DNA from: Vicugna vicugna
Taxonomy: Eukaryota
Direction: 5' to 3'
DNA length: 64,000 bases
NCBI GenBank assembly: GCA_013265495.1
Contig: MU058384.1
Coordinates: forward strand, 6,468,956-6,532,955
Below are positions 23,085-35,862 of the stretch, one piece after another. Position 1 is the first letter of the stretch. The number at the start of each line of letters is the position of its first letter. The notes beneath the pieces were generated by a model that saw only the letters and a list, made by a program, of their open reading frames with translations, ran no database searches and was not told where the DNA came from. Made by a program: the position numbers and the translations under genes.

Positions 23085-26000
23085 ATGTACATTATTTAAA
23101 AAAAAACCCTCCTTATAAAAAATCCTAAAAATGTTGGATAACATTTTTTAAAAATCCATCTTTTTAAATGCTTAACTATTCTGGCAAGAAATGAAGGAGG
23201 CAGATTCATAGAGGCCAAAAAGAACAAGCAAGCATAAATCTGGAGATCTATTATAGCACTCAATTGGACAGCTGCCCACGGGGACATCTGCCAGGCCATG
23301 GTGGCCCCCAGCTTTCTTTCAATCAACCAAGTGAGTTATAGGTGATCAAGCCTATGGACTGATCAAGGCCTAAGTTTAATTATAGACACCTTCATGATGC
23401 CAGAACCTTCGAAACACATCCCTAGTAAAGAATGAACTAGAAAAAGTACCACACGAAAAGGAAAAACTAAAAAATTTGGCTGCAGATAGAAGGAGAAAAA
23501 AAAATCCTTTCCTGAGAATTTGTAACCACAAGCAAGGCATTACTCAGGTTCTGGGCCAGAATTCATTCCATTTGTGTGGTCTAAAAACCCCAAGATGAAA
23601 ATTTAGTTTAAATTGATCCAGGGTTGCTAGTGCCTCTAGCCACCTGGCAGAAGCAAACATTTATCTTCTGTAGGGGAATACATGTAAAATCAGGGCCACA
23701 AAAAAATACCTCCATAAAGTGTTACAAATATAAGGTCTCAATTCAAAGATTATAAAATATACAAAGACCACAGATTTACTTGTAACAAAATAGGAACGCT
23801 CAATGCATTTGGGGAAAAAAAAGGTAGAAAGATTATGACAAAAGAATAATAGACTACCTCCAGTGTAATAGAATTTTTTTGGGGAAAAAAGAACAACCAG
23901 TAGAATTTCTACAAATGAAAAATAAATAATTATTATGAGAACTCAATGGACAGGCTAAATAAAAGATTTGACACAGCTGAAGAGTGATGTAGTAGATTGG
24001 AAGATGTATAAGAAATTACCCAGTTTTTTAGAACAGAGAGAGGCAGAGACAGAAAATAATAACAATAGATTAACAAATATGTAAGGTAGAGTAAGAAAAT
24101 GACACATAACTATTTCAAATTCTAGATGAGGGGGTAGAGAAAATGCGGGAAAGCCAAAATGTGAAGAAATAATGTCCAAGAGCCTTCCAGAATTGATTAA
24201 AAAATTCCGATTGAGACAATTCAATGCATCTCCAGCAACATACATAAAAAGGAATCCACACTTGGACAAACTGTAAAAATAGAACTTCTAGACAAAAAGA
24301 ACTTATGAAGAAATGAAAACTAGACTGATCTCTCAATAGGAAGAAAAATATCTAGAAGACAGTGTGACAGAGCTTGAAAGTCCTGAGAGAATTATCTGCA
24401 ACCTAGAATTTTATGAAAGGTCAAAAAAATATTTTATACCCAAACTAAGGAAGTTTACTACTAACTGGCCTTCTCTAAAGGAACATCCAAAGAACAAACT
24501 TCAAGAAGAACAAATATGTTCCCAAAAGAAATGTCACAGGTCAAATAGGAATGGTGAGCAAAAAAAAATGGTAACTGTGAGGGTGATCTATACAGAATTT
24601 GATTATATAAAATAAGAATTGTCCAGTTTATGAGGGTAGAAAAACACAGAACTAAAACAGTGAATAAGAATAACATATAATGAGGAAAAGGGTGTTTAGA
24701 ATGCATTCATTGTGTCTAAAATTGTGTGAGAGAAGTAAATAAATTGATTAAATGTGGACTTTATTAAGGTGACTATTAATTTTAAAATTTCTGGACTAAT
24801 AGAAATAGAGTGTAGAACTTCTAAACTACTAGATGGAAGACACATGCATGCATGTATAAATGTATTAAGAAATTTATTGGAGAAGACACAAATCAGTGAA
24901 ATTAGAAACTAAAAAAGGATTTAACCTGTGGCACAGATTAAAAAGATAAGACATTATTATGCCAATAAGTTCGAAAACTTAATGAAAATTTCTAGAAAAA
25001 TATAACTAGCTAAAACTATTTTTAAAAATTTGAAGTCCTATTATATTAGAAAACTGATGTCACTTAAAATCTTTTCATGAAAAAGCAATAAACTGGATGA
25101 TTTTAATCATGAGTTCTATCAAATATTCAAGGTAATTCCTATTTTCACCAACTCTCCAGAGACTAAATAAATGTGAGAACACTAACTTGTTACGTTAGCA
25201 ATTGTCTGTATTCAAAAAATCAGAAGATAAAGTGTAAGAAAAATATAGGACATTCTTATTCATGAACATAGAGAGAAAAACAAAAACAAATTATTAGCAT
25301 ATGAAGTTAGCAATGTATACAAAGATTCTATATTCTGGCCAATTGGATTTATCTTAAGAAAATAAGATTAACAAGATGGAAAATGATTTAATGCAATTTA
25401 CCACTTCAACAAAATTCAACATTTATTCATAGTTCAAAACAGAAGATAAACAAAAATCTCTTGACAAATTTCCTCAAACTGATAAACACAATTATCTAAA
25501 AATATCCTATGGTAAACATCATTAATCGTAAAGTGCTAAGCACTCTCTTTAAAGTCAGGAACAAAAAGGACTGCCTGCTATGATAACTTTTACTCAATAT
25601 TGAATTGTAAGACTTCACAAATACAATAAGGTGAGAAAAGTAACTAAAATACCAAAGAGTGGAAAATAAGTAATAAAATGACACTATTCTTATAAAGTAT
25701 AATCTACCTAGAAAACCCTAAATAATTTACAGATATATTAATGGAGCTAATAATTTTTTAGCTCTTTTGCTTATATAAGATCAGTAATCAAATTTGATTT
25801 CATTTCTATACACTAGCAACAAAATAGAGAATAAAGTTTTAAAGGCCATGTTTTTTACCATAATACATAGTTTACCTAGAAATAAATCTAACAAAAGATA
25901 AATAAGACCATTCTGGAGACTATTTTAAACTTTAATATAAGACATTAAAGAAAAGGTTACTAGAGAGACATATATTTATGGAAAGGAAGCCTCAATATTT

Positions 26001-27560
26001 GGAAGATACCAATGCTCCCCAAATAATCAAGATACTTAACTTAATTCTAATTAAAATTTCAAACTGATTTTAAAAATTATATGGTAAAGCAAAAAGCAAG
26101 TACAGTCAAGATTGTCCTCAGGATGAACTAACAGATATCATGACTTATAATAAAAGCAACTATAATTTAGTAAGTGTGATATGGTGCAAGAATAAACAAA
26201 CTGCCAAATGGCACACAACAGAGACTTCAATGGATTTACGCACACACCAGAACTTCATACATGACTGAGATTGGGTGACAGATCATGGGGGAAAGGGTTC
26301 AACAAACAAAACAAGTCCAGTTGGTTATCCATATATTAATCAAAGATAAAATCCTGAATTTACCTCATAAATTAAAACAAATTCCAAATAAATAATGAAC
26401 ATACATGAAAGGCAAAGCTTTTCAAACTTTTAGCAGATGATGTTAGTGAGTATCTTTGTAACCTTGACACAGGAAAGAATTCTTTAAATAAGACACATAA
26501 GGCGCAAACTAAAAAGGAAAAGACTTACGAATTCAACAATATTAAAATTGAGAATTCTATTATCAAAACACACCATATAGAATGTGGAAAGATAAACTAC
26601 AAACTGGTAGAAAATATTTGCACAAACTAGTTAGATAATATTTTTTATTTGTCAAAATATGAGTATGCAAAATATATAAAGAATTCCTACAAGCTGATTT
26701 TTATTTTATTTATTTATTTATTTATTTGATTTTGAGGGGAGGAAGTAATTAGGTTTTTGTTTGTTTGTTCATTTATTTACTTATTTATTTATAGAGGTGC
26801 TGAGGATTGAACCCAGGACCTTGTACATGCTAGGCACTCACTCTATCACTGAGCCATACCCTCCCACTTCAAGTTGATTTTTAAAGAGGGAAATAACCAA
26901 GTAGAGAAAAGGGGAAGCCTTAAAAAGACACTTTACAGGAAAGAAATTTAGAAAATCAACATACAGGAAAAGATGCTTACTTCATCAGTACTCAGAAAAT
27001 CCAGTTAAGATACCATTTTACACCACTGGAATGACAAAAACATTAAACTGTCTGACAACACCAAGGATTGGTGAAGCAATGAAAGCTCTTATAAATTGCT
27101 GGTGGGAAAATAAACGCAACGACTTTGGAAATAGTCTGGCATTTTACAACAGAATTTAAAAGATACATACTCTGGGAGCATTTCCACTCCCAGATAAATA
27201 CATAGACACAGAAATCGTGTACACAAAATTTTTATCAACATTGTTTATAGTTGTAAAAAGCTGAAAAGAAAACTGAGAACCACCTCAATTCTATTAAAAG
27301 GAAGATGGAATAAATATATAAAATACTGGGTGATATTTGGGGCGGGGGGGAGAAAGCATACACATGTGGTAAAACAAAGAAAGGAGAAACAGAAGAGTGA
27401 TCATTTTAAAATTCAGAAGAATAACAATGAAATTTTTAGGGGTGCACATGGGACTTCAAAGTGTTGGTAATACTTCACTTCATAAGGAGGGTGGTAGATT
27501 TTTAACATGCACATATGCTTCATATATAATTTTCCTGTGTAAAAAATTTTGTAACATATT
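23085..27560 (+). mobile_element. long, heavily decayed L1ME-like element (5' UTR, ORF1, deleted ORF2, 3' UTR)
   Basis: ORF1-like GAACTCAATGGACAGGCTAAAT..GAAGAAATAATGTCCAAGAGCCTTCCAGAATTGAT; ORF2-like CTGGATGATTTTAATCATGAGTTCTATCAAATATTCAAGG, AAAGTCAGGAACAAAAAGG, TTCTATACACTAGCAAC, AAATAAATCTAACAAAAGAT; old-type 3' UTR; boundaries approximate. Confidence 0.85.
26704..26869 (-). mobile_element. vic-1-like SINE inserted in the L1ME
   Basis: GGATTGAACCCAGGACCTTGTACATGCTAGGC..CACTGAGCCATACC; 14-bp TSD CAAG[C/T]TGATTTTTA at 26690 and 26870. Confidence 0.92.
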
Positions 27561-28683
27561 TTTTGAAAAGGTTTCTAAGTATTTGTTAGGTTTCACAAAG
27601 AGTAGAAACATATTCTTTCCAAAAGCAATTGTGATTTTGGTTGTTAACTGAGTCGGGTGTGGGAAGATGGCTAAGTAAATACTCTTAAAAGTAGTGTATC
27701 ATATTGTAAAGTTGAATCAATTCTATTTTATGGATGTTTACAATTCTAAAAGATTAATACTCTTCATTTTTTGGTAAAACTATTAGTAAGTAGAATATAT
27801 TGTTCAACTCCTTAAAAAATCAAATGAAACCACAAATATCATTGTGTATGTACTATAGGGATGTGGAAAAGGTCACTACAGCATTTTAATGATGGTGAAC
27901 CACACAGTAGGGATGTTGTCTGGTACTAACATAGAGTCTCTACTCAGGCATTGTATCCCGCCTTTGAAGACAGATGTTCAGATTGTCCCATTCCTATGCT
28001 ATTTTAAGTGTTGCTTTCTTACATCTACAGATATTCTTTACTGAAATTTTGTACATAGGATATAGAAACTGCATTGTCATAATAAAGTGTTTCTACTGCT
28101 ATTACTCTGAAATTCTAATGGAGAGGTTTTCTTTTTTTTTCTGTATTACAAGAATAATGTCATGAAGTAATTGGTTTTCACTTATACACAATGAAATGTA
28201 AGTATAACTTTATTGTTTAATCATGTAGGTGGAAAGCTGATAGTTCTTATTCAAGCTTAAACAAGGATTCTCAGTCCGTGCACCAAGCTGGTTTTGCTGT
28301 GAACACAGGCAAACAAAGAGGCAGAATATGCCTGGTGCACAGGCTCTCCAATAAACTAAAACACATCTAGCAAAAAACTTCTCAGTTTAAGGATGTAAAA
28401 ACTCTTAATCCATGTTGAAGTAGGACCAGACTGCTTACACTGGCATTCTGTTAGTGTCTTGGGAAACAAAATGCCTTGTGATAAGTAATCAGATACATCA
28501 TTATACACCTGTTAGAACAAAAACTACTGTATGCTGACTGTCATAAAGAGTAGGAAGTAGGGACTGGATGCTTCCAGAGATTGAGTAATAATAAAGAAAA
28601 AGGCATCCTTTCAACTCAGAGGACAGTAGCTGATTTTATTCCAGACAATGCTGGGAGATGCTGGAACTGGAACTCATTCATAC

Positions 28684-28871
28684 CTGATGACTAACAAGGG
28701 CCTTATACAGAACGTCAGATGGTATCAGTATCAGCTTAGAATCTGATGGCAAGCTGTCCACATGGTCAAAGTTGGTCTGAAGTATCATGATACATTGTGA
28801 GCAGCCTCAGCTCAGAACTTTTCATTCATCTCCAAAACCAGAAACTAAGCCAGATCTTAATTTTGTTCTAG
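28684..28871 (-). other. candidate spliced exon B (unconfirmed)
   Basis: Minus-strand acceptor TGTGTTTTTCTTTCAG (second AG 4 nt downstream) and donor CAG|GTATGA; no repeat recognised. Confidence 0.25.
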
Positions 28872-28914
28872 CTGAAAGAAAAACACATTATGGATTTTTA
28901 TCACTCCCTGTTTG

Positions 28915-29081
28915 AGATTGCCAGATCTACCAAATAAAAATACAGGAAGTCCAGTTAACTTTGAATTTCAGATAAACAATGAATATGTTTTTAGTATAAG
29001 TATTTCCCTGAAATATTAAGGACTTATTCTAAAAAATTATTTATTTTTATTTTAGCATCCTGTATTTCAGCTGGCAACCCT
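28915..29081. mobile_element. MER53 palindromic hAT MITE
   Basis: TTGCCAGAT..AAATAAAAATACAGGA..CCAGTTAA..TTGAATTTCAGATAAACAA..TCCTGTATTT..CTGGCAACCCT; inverted termini; right arm partly deleted. Confidence 0.85.
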
Positions 29082-29973
29082 TACTCCATATTGTCTCCAA
29101 AGTTTAAGGTTTTTTTTTTCGATAGTTTGTCTACAATGAATTTTTAAAAGCAACATGGAATGATGACTCTGTATTTAGCTTGGACCTGAGAGTATTTTTA
29201 AACATCCAGAAGAGTTAGATCATGTAGGTTTATTTACTATAGATCTGGCCTATTCATATCAAGAGAAAATCAAGTCTCTAGATTAGCCAACATGGGGGAA
29301 TCTTTGGCTCTTTGCCTGCTGGTGCTTTACTGATTCTTCTTGGGCTTGATTTGTATAAGAATAAGAGATTAAGCAAGAATGGTGAAAGGCAATAGCTTTT
29401 GCAAGATACTTAGATTCTATTTTACACAGTGTGACTAAAAGCAGCTGGTCTGTCTCAAAAAGACACTCTTTTTTTAGAGAAAGCCAACATCAAGAGGTAA
29501 ATGCCAAGTGTTTAAGCTATAGATTGGAAAACCATATCCTCTTAGAATTTTTGTGCCATTTCAAATCACCCTCAATAAATAGTATAATTTAAATGCATGT
29601 TATTTAAATTGACCTTATATCTCAAAAAGGCAATAAATAATAGTTGCCACAACCATTCTACCTTTAAGTATTGACACGTGTTAAAAAATCTTAAAGGAAA
29701 AGAAGCAAATGTATAACATATTGTGCTGGCCATGTACACTGCATCACCGTTATAAAAGAGTTGTAATAATTTGATGGAAGAGGCATGGTGGGGATAGTCA
29801 GCAGCAGTATAATATAGTGGAAGGATTGTAAACTTTGTAATTAGACCATTACACCACACTGACTTTGAATTCCCTCAGGAGGTGGCCTTGCTCCTTCATA
29901 CAGCTGTATTTTCCTCCTAATCTCTCAAGCATGCAACAAGAAACCTTGAAATATTTCCCTCTACTTATCTCAC

Positions 29974-30211
29974 TCCATGTGTGGGATAAAATCCAAGCAC
30001 ACGGGGTGCTTCTTCTGTGGTATAAGCTCTCTGCCCACTTTGGTCACTTGCAGAAAGTTTCTGACTTTAATCCAGGACGTATCAATTCTCCAAATGTCTT
30101 CTTGGGATATGTCCTCCCAAGAAGTCCTCTGACCAACAGAACTCATGGCAGCTATCCTGAGAAGTAGAGCCTTATAGGCGGTTGCTAAAGTGTGCTCTGC
30201 AAGCATCTTTG
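29974..30211 (-). other. candidate spliced exon A with an open frame throughout (unconfirmed)
   Basis: Acceptor TCTGTCTTTTCTGCAG|C and donor GGA|GTGAGA; ORF 29970-30263 spans it and its TGA stop falls within the donor; ATGs in AAGATGC and GCCATGA contexts; product not recognised. Confidence 0.3.
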
Positions 30212-30398
30212 CTGCAGAAAAGACAGAGCTAACTGGGAATAAGGAAACCAGGCAAGCATACATCTTTTATTTCATCTCCTGTCAAAACAAATGCATGAAA
30301 TTAAGAACCATTTGGAGATTACAGCCATAGAATAAGGAGTCATATCAGAACCAGGGTGAAGAAGTGGGAATCTATTCACCTATAACTGCTTCAACCTT

Positions 30399-30732
30399 TT
30401 TAAAAAATTCTTCTTTTGATTGAAGTGTACAGTTTACAATGTTAGTTTCAGGTGTCCAGTAAAGCTATTCAGATATATATATATTCTAAGATTCTTTTCT
30501 ATTATAGCTCATTACAAGAGACTGACTGAATATAGTTCCCTGTGCTATACAATAGATCCTTGTTGTTTATCTATTTTATATATAGTAATGTGTATCCGTT
30601 AATCCCAAACTCCTAATCTCTCCCTCCTCGTTTCTTTCCCTCCTGGTAACCAGTTTGTTTTCTATGACCGTGAGTCTATTTCTGGTTTGTAAATAAAATT
30701 TGTATTTTTTTTTTAGATTCCACATATATAAA
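30399..30732 (-). mobile_element. L1 3' end (cetartiodactyl/camelid-type) with TSD
   Basis: TTGAAGT..TACAATGTTAGTTTCAGGTGT..GAATATAGTTCCCTGTGCTATACA..TTAGATTCCACATAT; TSD TGCTTCAACCTT at 30387 and 30733. Confidence 0.92.
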
Positions 30733-31559
30733 TGCTTCAACCTTAACAAAATAACTTTCTAGATTTAATTCTAGCTATTAACCATTTTTCATTGACTTAA
30801 CAATTTTGCTTAATTTTGGCTTTTCAAAATGGTACTCTCTGAAGTCTAATGATACAGTTAAGGATGCTCATAATATAATTCAATCTGATGAGTGAAGAAA
30901 AACACATTATCTTTTTCAGGCAATTCTCTGATTTCAAAGCTAACATTTCATGTCCAATTAACAATACCCTGGCCTGACTAATCCTCCTTTCTCTTTTTAA
31001 TTCTTTGGCTGGCAATGTCGAACAGACTCCCTCCCCACAAAAAAAGATAGCTGCTGAATTTTCCTAAGAGAAACAACCCAGTCATTGTTCCTTAGCTTTT
31101 TGATTTACTAAAAACACAACAACACGCATCCTTATATGTTTGATTATCACTGTGGCACTTCTACGATAGAGACTGATGTATAAAGAAGTAAAAGCCAGAT
31201 TCTTTTTAGATTAAAGGGACACTATAAAGCATGAAAATGGTATGAACAGGAATACTGATGCTGTTAATTCATTTAATGTCACCACTTGTTATAAAACTCA
31301 CTTAAGACCAAATCTTCTTTATGAAGTCTTTGACCTAATTGAAAGGTCACTCTCTTGTGATGTTTTAGTACTTGCCACCCTCCAGAGAAGCTCCACTTTT
31401 CTCTATTTCACTCAAATCAGTTGAGTGATACTCTAAGCACAGCCACTGTCATTTCTTTACATCTCATCATAGCCTTGCTATTGGTTTATGGTTTATGCCA
31501 CTCTAAGTCTGACTGACTCCTTCAATCCATTATACCCCCTGTAGTGTATAGGGCTACTA

Positions 31560-31685
31560 TAGTGATTCCAAGCCTGACTGTGTACTCAAAACCTCTGATG
31601 TTAGCTCCTGGGAATCTGTATTATTGAAAAGTACCCACCCCAGGGGATTCTGATGCAGCTAGTTCATTAACCAGTATTTGTGGAC
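31560..31685. mobile_element. MER5-family MITE fragment
   Basis: CCTGGGAATCTGTATT..CCCCAGGGGATTCTGATGCAGC. Confidence 0.55.
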
Positions 31686-32075
31686 TTTATAAAAGTAGCC
31701 AAGGCTAGCCACTTTTTAAAATTCCTCCTCAACTTCATTGTCAGATATCCCAATACTACCAACATGCTCATCTTGACTTTTCACAGTTCTAAGTACCTAA
31801 CCTGTTACTGCTTTTGCAAGTCCAGTTCCAGGCCTCAGGATACTAGAGAAATATAAACACAGAAAAGATATGGTTTTCTACCAATATTTAATGTCCAGCT
31901 TCAAACTGGGCCTTGCTAAACATTTATTTTATTCACTATTGATTGATTTTTCTGTTGGACTAATGGTAGCCCACTTAGACCTTCTCTCTTCCCATAATCT
32001 AATAATCTCTCACCTTTACCACCATGCTCAGCAGATGTCCTTGGACCTTATTCAATGAGAAGTTTAGAAATGCCA

Positions 32076-32723
32076 TATATCCAGACAAAACTCTAATTTG
32101 AAAAGATAACATGCATCCCAATCTTCATAGCAGCACTATTTACTGTAGCCAATACATGGAAGCAACCTAAATGTCCACTGACAGATGATTTGATAAAGAA
32201 GATGTGGTGTATATATATATATGTGTATACACACACACACACACACACATATATACAATGGAATATTATTCAGCCATAAAAATGAAATAAAGCCATTTGT
32301 AGCAACATGGATGGACCTAGAGATTATCATACTAAGTGAAGTAAGACAGACAAAGACAAATACCATACAATATCACTTACATGTAGAATCTTAAAAAATG
32401 ATACAAATTAACTTACTTATTACCTCACTCCCCAGATTTACAGGGAGAAAACACATTTATGGTTACTAAAGGCGAAAGGGGTAGAGGGAGGGATAAATTA
32501 GGAGTTTGGGGTTAACAGGTCCACACTACTACATATAATAATATATAATAAAGAGAAACAACCAGGACCTACTGTATAGCACAGAGAACCATATTCAATA
32601 GCTTGTAATAAACTATATTGAAAAAGAGTATGAAAAAGAATATATATATGTATAACTGAATCACTGTGCTGTACACCAGAAACTAACAAAACACTGTAAA
32701 TCAACTACGTGTCAATAAAAAAA
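32076..32723 (+). mobile_element. L1 3' end (ORF2 C-terminus and 3' UTR) with TSD and internal (TA)/(CA) microsatellite
   Basis: CATAGCAGCACTATTTAC..GGAAGCAACCTAAATGTCCA..GGACCTAGAGATTATCATACTAAGTGAAGTAAG; TSD AGAAATGCCA at 32066 and 32724. Confidence 0.93.
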
Positions 32724-32984
32724 AGAAATGCCAGATTTTAGCTTCTGCATGGCCTGTTACCTAATGTCAAGCATTGTTCCTGCTTTATGAAGTCACATGT
32801 GCTCCAGAAATCCTTACTTTCTGATTCCCAAGCTCCTATAATGGCCCTTTTCCCTCTAAAATTGTATCTCCATTTTCTCTGACTTGTTACTTGTTGAAAC
32901 TCAGCACTCCTGTGTCAGGATGTCAAGGTCTTACCAAGGAAAGCCCATACTGCTTACAGGGAGGTACTTCCCTTCTCCATACCA

Positions 32985-33115
32985 TAGTGCATCCTCTGTT
33001 CTAAGAGCCTGCAGTCTTCTTGAGGGCAGGGACCGGGTTTTGTGCACCTCTGAATCCAGTAGCTTGCACAGTCCCTGGCACGTTAAATGTATTCAAGGGA
33101 TAATTGAATGAATGA
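32985..33115 (+). mobile_element. L2 3' terminus
   Basis: CTTGAGGGCAGGGACC..CACAGTCCCTGGCAC..TTGAATGAATGA. Confidence 0.8.
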
Positions 33116-33572
33116 CTTCACCCTGCTCTCCTTATATGGAAATCCCCCGCCTCCCATGCCTGAAGGTTTACTGCATCTATCCCTCAAGGCACAGAAAATG
33201 CTTCATTCTCATTCACTCCCACAAGAGCTGATTGTTATCATCTTTTAACTCTTTCAGGCCTAAACTATGTTAAACAATTTAATATTGAATTATTCACTGC
33301 CAAGTGTTATTTCTTATTTTACATGTCCTATTTCTACACCTAGATTTTAAGTCATTTATGGAAAATAAAGGCTTTTAATATTTTGTGGAATTGTATTGCA
33401 AATAAAGAGTTCAACACTATCATGAAGATTAATTATTGGAGATAATTAAAAGAAAGTCTGCATGGTGGAATGTTTACAAACTGTGAAGCCCAAATTCTAG
33501 TCCTATCTCTGCTGTAAGCTAGATATGGAATCCTAGAGAAATCATTGATCTTACTGCAGCCTTAGTTTCTTT

Positions 33573-34131
33573 TTTTCCTCTTAATTCCTTTTAATTTAAT
33601 TTTTTTGAAGGGGGAGGTAACTAGGTTTGTTTGTTTGTTTGTTTGTTTTTTAATGGAGGTACTGGGGATTGAACCCAGGACTTTGTGCATGCTAAGCATG
33701 TGCTCTACCACTTGAGCTATAGCCTCCCCTACAATTTAACTTTTTTTTATTGAAGTATAGTTGATTCACAATGTGTTAATTTCTGGTGTATAGCACAGTG
33801 ATTCAGTTATACATGTATATATATTCCTTTTCATATAGGCCATTATAAAGTATTGAATATAGTTTCCTGTGCTGTACAGTATGACCTCTTTTATATATAG
33901 TAGTTAGTATCTAGAAATCCCGAACTCCCAATTTATCCCTCCCCACCCCCTTTCCCTCCTGGTAACGATAAGTTTGTTTTCTATGTCTGTGAGTCTGTTT
34001 CTGTTCTATAAATAACTTCATTTGTCTTCTTTTTTTTTAAGATTCCACATATAAGTGATATCATACTTTTCTCTTTTTGGCTTCCTTCACTTAGTATGAC
34101 AATCCTCAGTTCCATCCATGTTGCTGCAAAT
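33573..34131 (-). mobile_element. L1 3' end with perfect 16-bp TSD
   Basis: TTTATTGAAGTATAGTTGATT..GTTCCATCCATGTTGCTGCAAAT; TSD CAGCCTTAGTTTCTTT at 33557-33572 and 34132-34147. Confidence 0.92.
33607..33730 (-). mobile_element. vic-1-like SINE inserted in the L1 A-rich tail
   Basis: TGGAGGTACTGGGGATTGAACCCAGG..GCATGCTAAGCATGTGCTCTACCACTTGAGCTATA; flanks AATTTAA[T/C]TTTTTT at 33593 and 33733. Confidence 0.9.
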
Positions 34132-34264
34132 CAGCCTTAGTTTCTTTATCTGTGAAAAAGAGGCAGAAAAAATATGATTTCTAAAGGCTCAGTCAACCCT
34201 AAAGTCCACAAATCTGGGGCCATTCCAGCTGCCCTAGGAAACTACTGAAGCAAAATATTTATTT

Positions 34265-34660
34265 CACCTGTTTTCTCTGCCTGGATCACTACTCTTCCAG
34301 ACGTCCACCTGGATCACTCACTCACTTGCTCCAAGTCTGCCCACTTTTCACCTTCTCAGTGAGGCTTACCCTGCTCACCCTGTTGAAGACTCCAATCCAT
34401 CCTTCTTCTTCACCCTCTCCCCGACCACAGCACTCCCAAAACCCTTTATGCTGTTGAAAATTCAAACTTTTTTCATAGCCCTTATTACCTTCTAGCATAT
34501 ATGTAATTTTAAAATTTATTGTGTTCTATTGTCTATCTCTCCCCAGTGTAAGTCTCAGAGGCCACCAGCCTGGGTCTGCTGTGTTCCTGGATGTACTGTG
34601 AGCACATAGAAGAGTACCTGGTAGTTACTGCCCTACAAATTTTTGCTGAATGAATGGATT
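34265..34660 (+). mobile_element. L2a-like 3' fragment
   Basis: TCACCTTCTCAGTGAGGC..CATAGCCCTTATTACC..TGTCTATCTCTCCCC..TTTGCTGAATGAATG. Confidence 0.8.
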
Positions 34661-35815
34661 CATTCATAACGGGAAAAATGTTTTATAAATTATATTTTTA
34701 GAATCAAAACTCCCTGTAACCTAAAACCATAACCAGCATCATTTTGACTTCGTCTATTAGGATTGACTGAAAAATAAAAGCTCTAGGGCAGGAACAAGGG
34801 AATAATTCTCATAATAATGTATATCACATTATTAAAGTGTTCCTTTAAAATGGGTCAGAACAGATTCTTCTGAATGCGTCCCCAACAAGATCCACATACA
34901 GTAAAGCTGTAAGTCTCTGTGATCACTGGGAAATGAAATATCACAGATTTCAGCCTTTGTTCTTGAAATAATATAAAGTATGGTACCACATATTCATAAA
35001 CGCTACAATCCTGAATGTTAATGATTTTTCTTTGATGAATGCATATTTATAATAACTCAGTGTTCTGAATAGCAGATAATTCTCTTGCTATGACTACAAA
35101 AGAAGATGGAGGAAATATAGAAGTTTAGGATAAATTTACATTGTCCAAGTATCTATCATGACAGCCATATTTGGGAATATTCTAAAATTCTTCTTATGAT
35201 TTGCTTGTTTCTCCTAAAAACAGTCTGAAGAAAATGAATGGAATGTGAATCAAGGTTTAGCCAAGACTTTATTATAGAATGCATTTTATTTTTTTCTCCT
35301 TTCTATCACTATTCTACTCATTTTAAAGTTTATAACCTTCCCTTGATCTGTGTCCAATTTGGGGGGTTTATTTTAGCATCTTGGCACCTCATCATCCTCT
35401 CAAGATTAAGATAAAAAGAAGACAAAATAACATAAAAATTGGTGCTCTAGCATCTCAGGGGAGGATTGGAGAAGTTTGGCCAAAAGGTGGGTGCTGAGTG
35501 GGACCAATGTGCTTCAGGCCACAGTGATGGACAGAAGGAGAGAGTGGCAGTGGCCTGCCACCTTGATAAATCAGGATCTGAGAAGTCCTGTCCTGTGGAA
35601 GTTGTAGGGGAATGGGATTACTTCCCAGTTCTCCTGGGAATATAGCTTGTACTACGGTCCTCCAAAAGAATCCACTCTCCCCCACTGTTGACCAAAAGGG
35701 ACAAATCTCATTACAATACAGCTATGGAAGTTTGTACACTCACAACACTCCAAAGACTTGAGTAAGTTCATAGTGATGCTCAGGGGTTTTAAGAATGAAG
35801 AAGACCACGCATGTA

Positions 35816-35862
35816 TGTTCATTCCTCTGCACACATTTGTGTTCATTCCTCTGCACACATTT
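35816..35862. repeat. tandem duplication, 24-bp period
   Basis: TGTTCATTCCTCTGCACACATTT twice, separated by one G. Confidence 0.95.

Larger units (their letters stand above)
33455..34210 (+). mobile_element. MIR/MIR3 split by an L1 plus vic-1 insertion
   Basis: TTCTAGTCCTATCTCTGCT..CAGCCTTAGTTTCTTT [insert] CAGCCTTAGTTTCTTTATCTGTGAAA..TGATTTCTAAAG. Confidence 0.7.

Noticed and set aside
23955..25684. ORFs within the long L1
   Set aside because: Short sense and antisense frames of a decayed L1ME; ORF1 and ORF2 are not intact, so the element is inactive.
28684..28867. In-frame TGA codons in exon candidate B as selenocysteine
   Set aside because: No SECIS element recognised, no similarity to known selenoproteins, and two stops in about 60 codons is compatible with chance.
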